NCBI GenBank assembly: GCA_965209055.1
Contig: OZ242374.1
Location: 1,600,001-1,664,000, forward strand
Direction: 5' to 3'
Source of the DNA: Acidobacteriota bacterium
GTDB taxonomy: Bacteria > Acidobacteriota > UBA6911 > RPQK01 > JAJDTT01
DNA length: 64,000 nucleotides
The notes below the pieces were generated by a model. It searched no databases. It was not told the DNA's origin and saw only the letters and a program-made list of their open reading frames with translations. Below are positions 16,591 through 25,017 of the stretch, one piece after another (position 1 is the first letter of the stretch; each line of letters starts with the position of its first letter). Both the position numbers and the translations under genes were made by a program.

Positions 16591-16939
16591 TTACCGTAGC
16601 TAATCGTGACCGAAGACCCCGGCTGGTTCAAGCGGCCTCCCAGCGGACCGTGCGTGCGCCCGTGAACCAATTAGAAGGGTGACCTGAGTTCCGCCTAATC
16701 AACGGTGACGCCAAAGCCGATACCTTCCAAGCTGACCAAACCGCTAGGTTCGGGACCGAGCCGAAAGCCGGTGGTCGTGGTGCTCCGGTAAGCCATCACG
16801 GACCCTAGCGCGGGCTCTTTGCTTTCGGCTCAGACGCTGTTTGCGAGACCGTCGTGAACCCGCGCGGCGTGATATCTTCCTTGAATCGCCAGAGAGCGGC
16901 CTCAAGTCGGAGCCGCGTCCGAATCGCTAGGAAGGCAGG

Positions 16940-19900
16940 ATGGCCCAACCGAACAAGAAGTTAGCCGCCGCAGTGGAGGCGTATTTCGGTGAACTTCGGC
17001 GCGTGCGCGCATCGGGTGGCGCGACGGGGGAGCGCTCGTACTATCTGGCGCTGGCGGGCTTGCTGCGCACGATCGGAGCCACACTCAAGCCCAAGGTGTT
17101 CTGCGTTCTGGAACCGGCGGATCAGGGTGCTGGCCATCCCGACTGTGCCCTGTACGCGGCGAGGCAGGTTCAGAGGGGCCGCCCGAGGCCGGGGCAGGTT
17201 CCAGAGCGTGGCGTCGTCGAGGTCAAGGGCGTTGGTGACAATGCCTGGTTGACGGCGGAATCCGATCAGGTGAGCCGCTACTGGGGCCGTTACCGGCTGG
17301 TGCTGGTTACGAATCTACGGAACTTCGTCCTGGTGGGCGCCGACGGGAGGGGAGGCCCCGCCAAGCTCGAAACCTACCGCTTGGCCGAGGATGCGGACGA
17401 CTTCTGGCGCAGGGTGGAGACTCCTCGCGCCTTCGCCCGCGAGGCCGGCGCGGGCCTCGGCGAGTATCTTGCGCGGGCGCTGTCGCACCGGGCCGCCTTG
17501 GCCGAGCCGAAGGACTTGGCGTGGTTGCTGGCTTCCTATGCCCGCGACGGCTTGGCCCGCGTCGAGGCGGCGGGGAACGTTCCATCGCTTATGGCCCTCC
17601 GGTCGGCTATGGAGGAAGCGCTCGGGATTCGCTTCGAGGACGAGCGCGGGGAACGTCTCTTCCGTTCGACCCTGATCCAGACGCTGTTTTACGGCATCTT
17701 CTCCGCGTGGGTACTGTGGTCCCGCCACGAGCAGAAGAAGAACGGCCCGCTGTTCGAGGGCCACTATGGTCCCCAGCTGTTCCGGTGGCGCGAGGCGGTT
17801 TGGCACCTGCGCGCCCCCGTGCTGCGGGCCTTATTCCAACAGTTGGCCGATCCGGGCCGGTTGAAGTCGCTTGGCCTAGTCGAGGTGTTGGACTGGACAG
17901 CGGCGGCGCTCGACCGCGTGGACCGCGCGGTGTTCTTCTCGCGGTTCAACGAAGGCGAGGCGGTGCCGTACTTCTACGAACCGTTCCTCGAAGCCTTCGA
18001 TCCCGTTCTCCGAAAGCAGTTGGGCGTGTGGTACACGCCGAAGGAAGTGGTCCGGTACATGGTGGCGCGGGTGGACAGGGCGCTGAAGGAAGATCTCCAG
18101 GTTTCAGCGGGGCTCGCAGCGGAGAACGTCTATGTGCTGGATCCGTGCTGCGGCACGGGGGCCTATCTGGCGGAAGTGCTCCGCCGCATCTCCCGAAATC
18201 TCGGGGAGCAGGGCCTCGGGGCACTGGCGGGTGCGAAGGTCAGGAAGGCGGCAACCGAGCGGGTGTTCGGGTTCGAGATCATGCCCGCGCCGTTCGTCGT
18301 GTCGCACTTGCAGGTCGGCCTCACCATGCAGAATCTCGGCGCGCCGCTGGCGCAGGACGGATCAGAGCGCGCCGCAGTGTTTCTCACCAACGCGCTTACC
18401 GGGTGGGCAGCAACAGCACCACCCGCGCAATTGGAAGCGTTCCCCGAACTAAGCGACGAGCGCGACCTCGCGGAGTCGGTGAAGCAGGACATCCCGATCC
18501 TCGTAATCATCGGCAACCCGCCCTACAATGGCTTTGCGGGCATGGCGGTGGAGGAGGAACGCGAACTCTCAGAAGCCTACCGCAAGACGAAGAACGTACG
18601 GAAACCCGAGGGACAGGGCCTGAACGATCTGTACGTCCGGTTCTTCCGCATGGCGGAGCGACGCATCGCCGAGAAGACCGGCCAGGGCGTGGTCTGCTTC
18701 ATCTCCAACTACTCGTGGCTCGACGGGCTGTCGTTCACTGGGATGCGGGAGCGCTACCTCGAAGCGTTTGACGCGATCCGGATCGACTGCCTGAACGGCG
18801 ACAAGTACAAGACAGGCAAAGTCGCGCCGGACGGATCACCCGACCCGAGCATCTTTTCGACCCAAGGCGATCCAGTCGGTATCCAAGTAGGCACCGCCAT
18901 CGCGACGCTGGTGCGCAAGGTGGACCACGAACCCAGTGAATCGGTGGGGTTCCGACACTTGTGGGGACAGTCCAAACCGGCTGAGTTGATCGCCACAGCT
19001 GAAGCGGAACCGGACACGCTGTACTCCGAAATCGCACCTTCGCTGCCGTTGGGCCTACCGTTCGGGGAGGCGGCGGTGAGCCCCGACTGGTTCGACTGGC
19101 CCGCGCTCCCCGACCTGTTCTCGGTTTCGTTTCCCGGCGTCAAAACGAGCCGCGACGGGTTTCTGGTGGACACTGACCTTGACCGCCTCCGGGCGCGTGT
19201 TGGCGAATACTTCGACCCGGCCCTGAGCCACGAGGAAATCGCACGGCGCTATCCGACGGTCGTGAAGTCACCGGCGCTTCGTGCGGTGCGTGACACGCTT
19301 CTGAGACGTGGCGGGCCGGACGAATCCGGGTTCATCCGATTTGCGTACCGGCCTTTCGATAACCGCTGGCTCTACTGGGAGAAAGGTGGCCTCTTGGATC
19401 GTCCACGTACCGACTACAGGCCCCATGTGTTCGAGGGGAATAGGTGGCTGTCCTCGGCCCAACATCTGCGGAAGGGAGCCGGTGAGCCGCAGACGTGTTG
19501 CACAAGTGACATGGGGTCTCTGCATTTAATCGAGCGCGGGGCGCTGATGTTTCCGGCATGGCTTCGCGAGGAAGGCTTGAGCGTGGTTACCGGCACGGAA
19601 CGCCGGGCCAATCTCTCTGGAACGGCGCAACGCTATCTCGACTGCATCGGCCACCGTGTCGAAGACCTGTTCCACCACACGTTGGCCACCCTGCATGATC
19701 CCGTGTATCGAGAGGCCAACGCGGGCGCACTACGCATGGAATGGCCGCGCATCCCACTGCCGGATTGGCCGAATGGCGAGGCCAAGGGAGCGGCCCAGGC
19801 ACTGGCCCGGTCGGTAGCTCACGGGCGCCGGCTTGCCGCGCTGCTCGATTCGCAACAGCCTGTATCAAGCGAATCGGGAACGCATCTTTGCCCTGTAATC

Positions 19901-20317
19901 GCCGTGCCGAGCACGGTCGTCGGACGCTACATGGCCGACGAGGACTTTGGTGTGACCGCACGCTGGGGTCACTTCGGAGCGGGCGACGCCGTGATGCCCG
20001 GTAGGGGCCGCGTCGCCGAACGGGCCTATCGACCGGAGGAGCGCGCCGCGTTGGCGGAACACGTTGTTGCTCTTGGTGAGACAACATTCGATGTATACTT
20101 GAACCGGGAGGCCTTCTGGAGCAACGTCCCCTCCGCGGTCTGGAACTACCGGCTTGGCGGATACCAAGTGCTCAAGGAATGGTTATCTTACCGGGAGCAC
20201 GAGGTTCTGGGCAGGAAACTGTGCGCCGAGGAAGTTCAGCACTTCACCGCCGCCGCACGGCGAATCGGCGCGCTACTGGTGGCGTCATCCGACGGACCCG
20301 CGAGGAGGCCGCAATGA
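16940..20317 (+). CDS. Fused restriction-modification enzyme, Type IIG-like (nuclease, N6-adenine MTase, Type ISP-like specificity domain; no helicase)
   Basis: PD..VVEVK, GVWYTP, LDPCCGTG, GNPPY, FAYRPFD, WNYRLGGYQVLKEWLSYR. Confidence 0.88.
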   Translation: MAQPNKKLAAAVEAYFGELRRVRASGGATGERSYYLALAGLLRTIGATLKPKVFCVLEPADQGAGHPDCALYAARQVQRGRPRPGQVPERGVVEVKGVGDNAWLTAESDQVSRYWGRYRLVLVTNLRNFVLVGADGRGGPAKLETYRLAEDADDFWRRVETPRAFAREAGAGLGEYLARALSHRAALAEPKDLAWLLASYARDGLARVEAAGNVPSLMALRSAMEEALGIRFEDERGERLFRSTLIQTLFYGIFSAWVLWSRHEQKKNGPLFEGHYGPQLFRWREAVWHLRAPVLRALFQQLADPGRLKSLGLVEVLDWTAAALDRVDRAVFFSRFNEGEAVPYFYEPFLEAFDPVLRKQLGVWYTPKEVVRYMVARVDRALKEDLQVSAGLAAENVYVLDPCCGTGAYLAEVLRRISRNLGEQGLGALAGAKVRKAATERVFGFEIMPAPFVVSHLQVGLTMQNLGAPLAQDGSERAAVFLTNALTGWAATAPPAQLEAFPELSDERDLAESVKQDIPILVIIGNPPYNGFAGMAVEEERELSEAYRKTKNVRKPEGQGLNDLYVRFFRMAERRIAEKTGQGVVCFISNYSWLDGLSFTGMRERYLEAFDAIRIDCLNGDKYKTGKVAPDGSPDPSIFSTQGDPVGIQVGTAIATLVRKVDHEPSESVGFRHLWGQSKPAELIATAEAEPDTLYSEIAPSLPLGLPFGEAAVSPDWFDWPALPDLFSVSFPGVKTSRDGFLVDTDLDRLRARVGEYFDPALSHEEIARRYPTVVKSPALRAVRDTLLRRGGPDESGFIRFAYRPFDNRWLYWEKGGLLDRPRTDYRPHVFEGNRWLSSAQHLRKGAGEPQTCCTSDMGSLHLIERGALMFPAWLREEGLSVVTGTERRANLSGTAQRYLDCIGHRVEDLFHHTLATLHDPVYREANAGALRMEWPRIPLPDWPNGEAKGAAQALARSVAHGRRLAALLDSQQPVSSESGTHLCPVIAVPSTVVGRYMADEDFGVTARWGHFGAGDAVMPGRGRVAERAYRPEERAALAEHVVALGETTFDVYLNREAFWSNVPSAVWNYRLGGYQVLKEWLSYREHEVLGRKLCAEEVQHFTAAARRIGALLVASSDGPARRPQ

Positions 20318-20430
20318 CCGAGAAGCTCATCAACAGGAACCCTGATGTTCTGGGTGGGACTCCAGTGTTCTCCGGGACCAGGGTTCCGGTGCGGATCCTG
20401 ATGGAACCTTGAAGCCGGCGACCGACCGTG
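20314..20430 (+). pseudogene. DUF433 antitoxin remnant (frameshifted, truncated)
   Basis: INRNPDVLGGTPVFSGTRVPVRILME, with LEAGD continuing in another frame; overlaps the R-M stop (ATGA). Confidence 0.8.
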
Positions 20431-20628
20431 TGGGAGGGAGCGGGCCGCTGAGTGGTGCTCACGGCAGGACCGATTCGTCCACGGCCCGGACGGCCCGTCA
20501 GGTGGGATGGCGCCCAATAATCGAGCGCGGCAGCGGCGCGCCGGTTCTCGATAAATGACATCCCTCCTCCAACGGTGAGCACCAGTCTTCTGCCTGACGG
20601 CCCGAGGTCAGCAGTGACAGTTGAAATA

Positions 20629-20724
20629 TGGGGGCAACTGTGGGGGCAACAAAATGAATAATTAGATCGTTAGCTTTTTATAATCAGGTGTTTACGACTC
20701 GTTTTCGATTCCGTCCCCCGCACC
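20629..20724 (+). other. attR-like island end: arm repeats, IHF site and tRNA 3'-end fragment
   Basis: TGGGGGCAAC twice at a 12-bp period (20629, 20641); AATCAGGTGTTTA matches WATCARNNNNTTR; TTCGATTCCGTCCCCCGCACC at 20704-20724. Confidence 0.7.
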
Positions 20725-20971
20725 CCTTTACAAAATCGCCTTCTCCCCCTTTCTACTACCGTCCGCAGACGCAGGATTCGGTTCCCGACGCCTCCGCCAA
20801 TTCGCAAAGTCATAGAGCGCATCTCGATGTGAAGGCGGCGTGACCACCTGCTGCTCACGGAAGAGGCGTCGAGCCAGCCCAGCAGAAAAAAATTTTGATC
20901 CCGTCCAAGCGCCCCTTGCAGCATAATCTTGAATGAACCAGGTTAATTGGACCAAGTCTCAGGAGGATTGC

Positions 20972-21238
20972 ATGCGGACTGTCAGTATGCACGAAGCTAA
21001 GATGCACCTTTCCCGTCTCGTACAGGCTGCCGCCAATGGCGAGCCGTTCATCATCGCCCGGGCCGGCAAGCCGCTGGTCAAAGTCGTCGCAGTAGAGGCG
21101 CCGGATCCTGGAACAGTGCGCCGAATCGGGTTTCTGGCCGGCAGAATCTCGGTGCCGCCCGACTTCGACCTTATGGGCGCTGACGAGACCGGGACATTGT
21201 TCGAAGGTGAGCATGACGGCGATCGTGAAAGCAAGTGA
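20972..21238 (+). CDS. Phd/YefM-family antitoxin, orphan
   Basis: VSMHEAKMHLSRLVQAAANGEPFIIARAGKPLVKV..RRIGFLAG; RBS AGGAGG; no VapC follows. Confidence 0.9.
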   Translation: MRTVSMHEAKMHLSRLVQAAANGEPFIIARAGKPLVKVVAVEAPDPGTVRRIGFLAGRISVPPDFDLMGADETGTLFEGEHDGDRESK

Positions 21239-21902
21239 CAGTCCCCTTCGCACGCACATGAAGCCTACCAGCGAAGAACTCCGCCAACTCGGTCGGCGCG
21301 ACCCCGTGCTGGGGGCGGCCATGCGACGGTTGCCACCCTTTCCGGGCTTCCCGATGGGGGTGCTCGCCCGTGGTTCGCACTTTCAGGCGATCGCCAGGTC
21401 GATCGCCTTTCAGCAACTCGCCGCTGCGGCCGCGAACACAATCTACTCGCGGGTGTGCGCTCTGACCCCGGGACCACGTTTCCCCACCGTCGAAGAGTGT
21501 CTCGAGCTGTCCGACGAAGCGTTTCGCAGCGCGGGATTCTCGGCCCCGAAAACCCGGGCCGTCAAGGACTTGGCAGCCCGGTGTACGGATGGCTCCGTCC
21601 GTCTGCGCAGCGTGTCCCGGATGACGGACGACGAAATCGTGGAGATGCTGTCGTCCGTGTGGGGAATCGGCGAGTGGACCGCGCAAATGTTCCTGATGTT
21701 CCGTCTTGGCCGCCTCGACGTGATGCCCGTGGGGGACCTGGGTGTCCGCGAGGGTGCGCGTCTGCTTGACGGGCTGGACGAGCGCCCCGTTCCGGCCGTC
21801 GTTCTGGAACGCGCCGAGGTCTGGCGGCCGCTGCGTTCCGTGGCGACCTGGGTCCTCTATCGCCTGTGCGATGAAGCCAGGGATGCCGGCATGACCGCAT
21901 GA
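21207..21902 (+). CDS. alkA: DNA-3-methyladenine glycosylase II (AlkA, HhH-GPD family)
   Basis: SIAFQQL, GIGEWTAQMFLMFRLGRLDV.PVGDLG, WRPLRS; true start may be ATG 21258. Confidence 0.88.
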   Translation: MSMTAIVKASDSPLRTHMKPTSEELRQLGRRDPVLGAAMRRLPPFPGFPMGVLARGSHFQAIARSIAFQQLAAAAANTIYSRVCALTPGPRFPTVEECLELSDEAFRSAGFSAPKTRAVKDLAARCTDGSVRLRSVSRMTDDEIVEMLSSVWGIGEWTAQMFLMFRLGRLDVMPVGDLGVREGARLLDGLDERPVPAVVLERAEVWRPLRSVATWVLYRLCDEARDAGMTA

Positions 21903-22100
21903 CGCTTGACCCGGATCCCACCGATCAGTTCTGGCAGGCCCTCGTTCGAGCACTGGCCGCGTCGGGGCAAGGAAGTGACTGTCCCATAATTGTTCTCGTC
22001 CGGGCTGGGGCAGACAAGGAACCGATCGTTTCATGATCAGATTGACAAAGAAACGGTTGATTCCTTAGATTGCAGCGCAGGAAAGGGGCGGTTCGCAACC

Positions 22101-23282
22101 GTGGCTCGCCAGACTGGTCAATACCGCATCACCAGCACCCTCGGAGAAGAGGTGCCCGCATTCGTACCCTACCCGCTTCCTCCGGACGATCCACCTTTGG
22201 CCCTGGCCGGCGCGGCGGCCGAGCTCGAGGCCGCCGCCATGGCCGCGTTGGCCCGCCTTGCCGTAGCGGGATCGATGGTGCTGAGCATCGACTGGTTCCT
22301 CTACGGATTCGTCCGCAAGGAGGCGGTCGTCACCTCGCAGATCGAAGGGACGCAGGCAACGCTCCGCGACGTGATCACCTTCGAAGCCACGCACCGTAGC
22401 GACCGTCCGGACGACGTACGCGAGGTCTGCAACTATGTGGACGCGCTCGCCCACGCCCGCGCGCGAATCGCGGACCCCAAGGGGCTTCCGCTCAGCATCC
22501 GCCTCCTGTGCGAGGCGCACCACATCCTGATGGCGGGTGTACGAGGCGAGAACATGCAGCCCGGTGAAATCCGCCGCTCGCAGAACTGGATCGGTGGCAG
22601 CCGGCCGGGCAACGCCCGCTTCGTGCCCCCTCCACCAGAGGAGGTGCCGGGCGCGCTCGGCGCGCTGGAACGGTGGCTGCACCAGGACAGCGATCTCCCG
22701 CCGCTGGTCCGGGCGGGTCTTGCGCACGTACAGTTCGAGACGATTCATCCGTTCCTCGACGGCAACGGACGCATCGGCCGGTTGTTGATTGCGCTCCTGA
22801 TGGAGCACTGGGGGCTGCTCGATCTGCCTCTTCTCTACCTCAGCCTGGCATTCAAGCGGAACCAGCCGGAGTATTACACCCGGCTCGCGGCCGTGCGCAG
22901 CGATGGCGACTGGGAGGGTTGGATCCGGTTCTTCCTCGACTGCGTGCGCGAGGCCGCCGATGACGGCGTTCGGGTCGCCCGGGAGCTGCATGCGCTTGTC
23001 GGGCGCGACCGTGACCGCGTTCTGGTCCATGAGCGTGCGACTGTGACCGCCATCCGGCTGATCGAGCGCCTGCCGTCCCGTCCGGTCGTGACCGTCGCCG
23101 CGGCGTCAGATCTCCTCGGCCTCACGGCGCCGCCGACCCGCAAGGCCGTGGCGTTGCTGGAGGGCCTTGGCGTGCTGCGCGAGATCACGGGAAGGCGGCG
23201 TGGACGCGCCTACTCCTACCACGAATATCTTCACATCCTGACGGACGACGAGCCCCGTCGAAGAACCGGTCCCGGTGCATGA
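22101..23282 (+). CDS. Fic-family protein (class II, internal inhibitory motif, C-terminal HTH)
   Basis: TSQIEG inhibitory motif and canonical HPFLDGNGRIGR; start set at GTG 22101. Confidence 0.92.
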   Translation: MARQTGQYRITSTLGEEVPAFVPYPLPPDDPPLALAGAAAELEAAAMAALARLAVAGSMVLSIDWFLYGFVRKEAVVTSQIEGTQATLRDVITFEATHRSDRPDDVREVCNYVDALAHARARIADPKGLPLSIRLLCEAHHILMAGVRGENMQPGEIRRSQNWIGGSRPGNARFVPPPPEEVPGALGALERWLHQDSDLPPLVRAGLAHVQFETIHPFLDGNGRIGRLLIALLMEHWGLLDLPLLYLSLAFKRNQPEYYTRLAAVRSDGDWEGWIRFFLDCVREAADDGVRVARELHALVGRDRDRVLVHERATVTAIRLIERLPSRPVVTVAAASDLLGLTAPPTRKAVALLEGLGVLREITGRRRGRAYSYHEYLHILTDDEPRRRTGPGA

Positions 23283-23421
23283 CGTCATTCCGCGACGATC
23301 ATTCGGGCGGAAGAAAGAGAGTGACTGTCCCCTATTGGTTCTGCTCCGGCCAGGATCTGGGTAGGCTGGCGCGCCCCTGAGAGAAGGAGGGATTGAGGCC
23401 GGGTAAGGTCTCTTACAGTCC

Positions 23422-23625
23422 CTATAGTTCAGATTCCTTGATTTGAGCGATCTTCATCAGGTGCTTCTGCAGACCACGTTTCAGAGCGCCGCTGTGCACA
23501 GGGACCGAGATACGGGCAGGAATCCCTGCCTTCACATAGATGTGGTGGTTGCCTCTGACTCGCTTCAAACGTCAACCTCGCGACTCGAGCAGCCGGCAGA
23601 ATTGCTTCCCGCTGACGGTTCTCAC
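23422..23625 (-). pseudogene. hicA: HicA toxin with an internal nonsense codon
   Basis: Manual translation VRTVSGKQFCRLLESRG*RLKRVRGNHHIYVKAG..ISVPVH..LKRGL; TGA at codon 18 (23572-23574) where Trp is usual. Confidence 0.88.
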
Positions 23626-23825
23626 ACGGCAATCTCGATGATTTTGTCCTTCTCGGAGACAGGAATATCCCGGGCCTCGACAGATAAGCACCCCTCGACG
23701 GCTTCGTAGAGGTTGCCTAACAGATCTTCAAATGAGTCTCCCTGGGTCGCACACCCTGGGATGGACGGCACCTCCGCCCAGTATCCGCCCTCCTCCGCTT
23801 CATGGGTCACGACTTTCAGTTTCAT
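23622..23825 (-). CDS. hicB: HicB antitoxin (short form)
   Basis: EAEEGGYWAEVPSIPGCATQGDSFEDLL.NL.EAV; RBS GGAGG. Confidence 0.92.
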   Translation of the reverse strand: MKLKVVTHEAEEGGYWAEVPSIPGCATQGDSFEDLLGNLYEAVEGCLSVEARDIPVSEKDKIIEIAV

Positions 23826-24070
23826 GATTCCTCCCGCTCTGGAAGATTCGGCACAATGCGAACCCATCCCCTCCTGAGGGACCAATGATTGGAGCCACTC
23901 CAGGAAAAGCCAACCTACACCAGGGAGACCCATATGTTCGCGGAGTCACTCGCCGGAGCCGAAGTTGACCGTCCCTCTGCTCGGCCCGATCCTGGGCAAG
24001 AAAGTGACTGTCCCCACCTCGCGTATCCGAGGATCTCACGGCACCTTTCTAGGAGGTCCGTATTGAGATT

Positions 24071-24370
24071 TCAGACATGAGCATGTTGGGGCTTTAGCGT
24101 TGGCAAGGTCTTGATCTCCCTGCGGGCTTTCTTCTCGGCAAGGCGCAGTTCATAGAGTTTTTGAAGATTGAGCCAAAACTCCGCACTGGTGCCAAAGAAG
24201 TGGCCGAGGCGCAAGGCGGTATCGGCGGTAATTGCCCTCCGTTCGTTCAGAATCTCAGTAATGCGGTTCGTAGGAACATTCAGGTTACGCGCGAGCGCAG
24301 CGGCACTCATATTGAGCTCTTTCAGTTCTTCGGCGACATGTTTGCCGGGATGGATTGCAGGCAAGCTCAT
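24071..24370 (-). CDS. higA: HigA antitoxin
   Basis: IHPG..LNVPTNRITEILNERRAITADTALRLGHFFGTSAEFWLNLQ. Confidence 0.93.
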   Translation of the reverse strand: MSLPAIHPGKHVAEELKELNMSAAALARNLNVPTNRITEILNERRAITADTALRLGHFFGTSAEFWLNLQKLYELRLAEKKARREIKTLPTLKPQHAHV

Positions 24371-24666
24371 AGCGGTTCTCCTAAGTGGTAGTCAACAATC
24401 TCTACATTCTCAGGTCCAGAGGATTCCTTCGGCCATTCGAAGCAAATCCGCCACTTGTCATTGATACGGATGCTGTACTGGCCCTTGCGGTCACCTTTGA
24501 GTGCTTCGAAACGATTGCCGGGCAAGGCGGCAAGGTCCTGAAGAGCGGTTGCCGCTTCAAGTCGATCGATCTTCAAGAGTGAAGCCCGTTCGATACCGGA
24601 GAAAGCCTTTATCCGTTTCCCGGTGGCGAAGTCCCTAGTCCGCTTGTCGCGGTAGCTAACGATCAT
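24367..24666 (-). CDS. higB: HigB (RelE-like) toxin
   Basis: PGNRFEALKGDRKGQYSIRINDKWRICFEW..VEIVDYH. Confidence 0.93.
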   Translation of the reverse strand: MIVSYRDKRTRDFATGKRIKAFSGIERASLLKIDRLEAATALQDLAALPGNRFEALKGDRKGQYSIRINDKWRICFEWPKESSGPENVEIVDYHLGEPL

Positions 24667-24670
24667 TCCG

Positions 24671-24699
24671 AATTTACCCGAAAATATGCGTTACGTCAA
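24671..24699 (-). promoter_or_regulatory. higBA promoter TTGACG-N17-TAAATT, probably leaderless mRNA
   Basis: The -10 ends 4 nt before the ATG; no RBS. Confidence 0.6.
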
Positions 24700-25017
24700 G
24701 AGTAAAGGTCATCGTAGCGAGTTTCCATCGCAACTGGCTAGAGGGTTCGAGGGAATCCTAAACGTCGATGGAAGTAGTGCCTTCGGCAGAGCACGGTGAA
24801 ATACGGATTCCGACCGCTGCAAGGAACTGCCCAAGCCTGTACGCGGAATCGCATCTGCGAGGCTGTACCTCTCATCGTAGGGTGAATTGGATCCTGGGAG
24901 CAGGTTGATCGTCTTTGAAGCAATGGTACTGTCGACATCTACGCCGAAACACACACCTTACGGGGCTTCCGGCGTGCTCGAAATCTTCAGACCGGCGATC
25001 TGGTCGGTCTGCTCCTC

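Larger units (their letters stand above)
1..20724. mobile_element. Right-hand part of a composite integrative genomic island (left end outside the window)
   Basis: Two tyrosine integrases, R-M, TA and defence cargo, many gene relics; ends in arm-type repeats, an IHF box and a tRNA 3'-end fragment at 20629-20724. Confidence 0.7.
21233..24015 (+). repeat. Same-orientation short motif (A)AGTGACWGTCCC(C) at gene junctions
   Basis: Copies at 21233-21246, 21973-21985, 23320-23332, 24002-24015 and a partial copy at 23415-23422; two copies share GGGCAAGRAAGTGACTGTCCC. Confidence 0.75.

Noticed and set aside
20704-20724. Intact tRNA gene
   Set aside because: Only the T-loop and acceptor 3' side are present; there is no 5' half.
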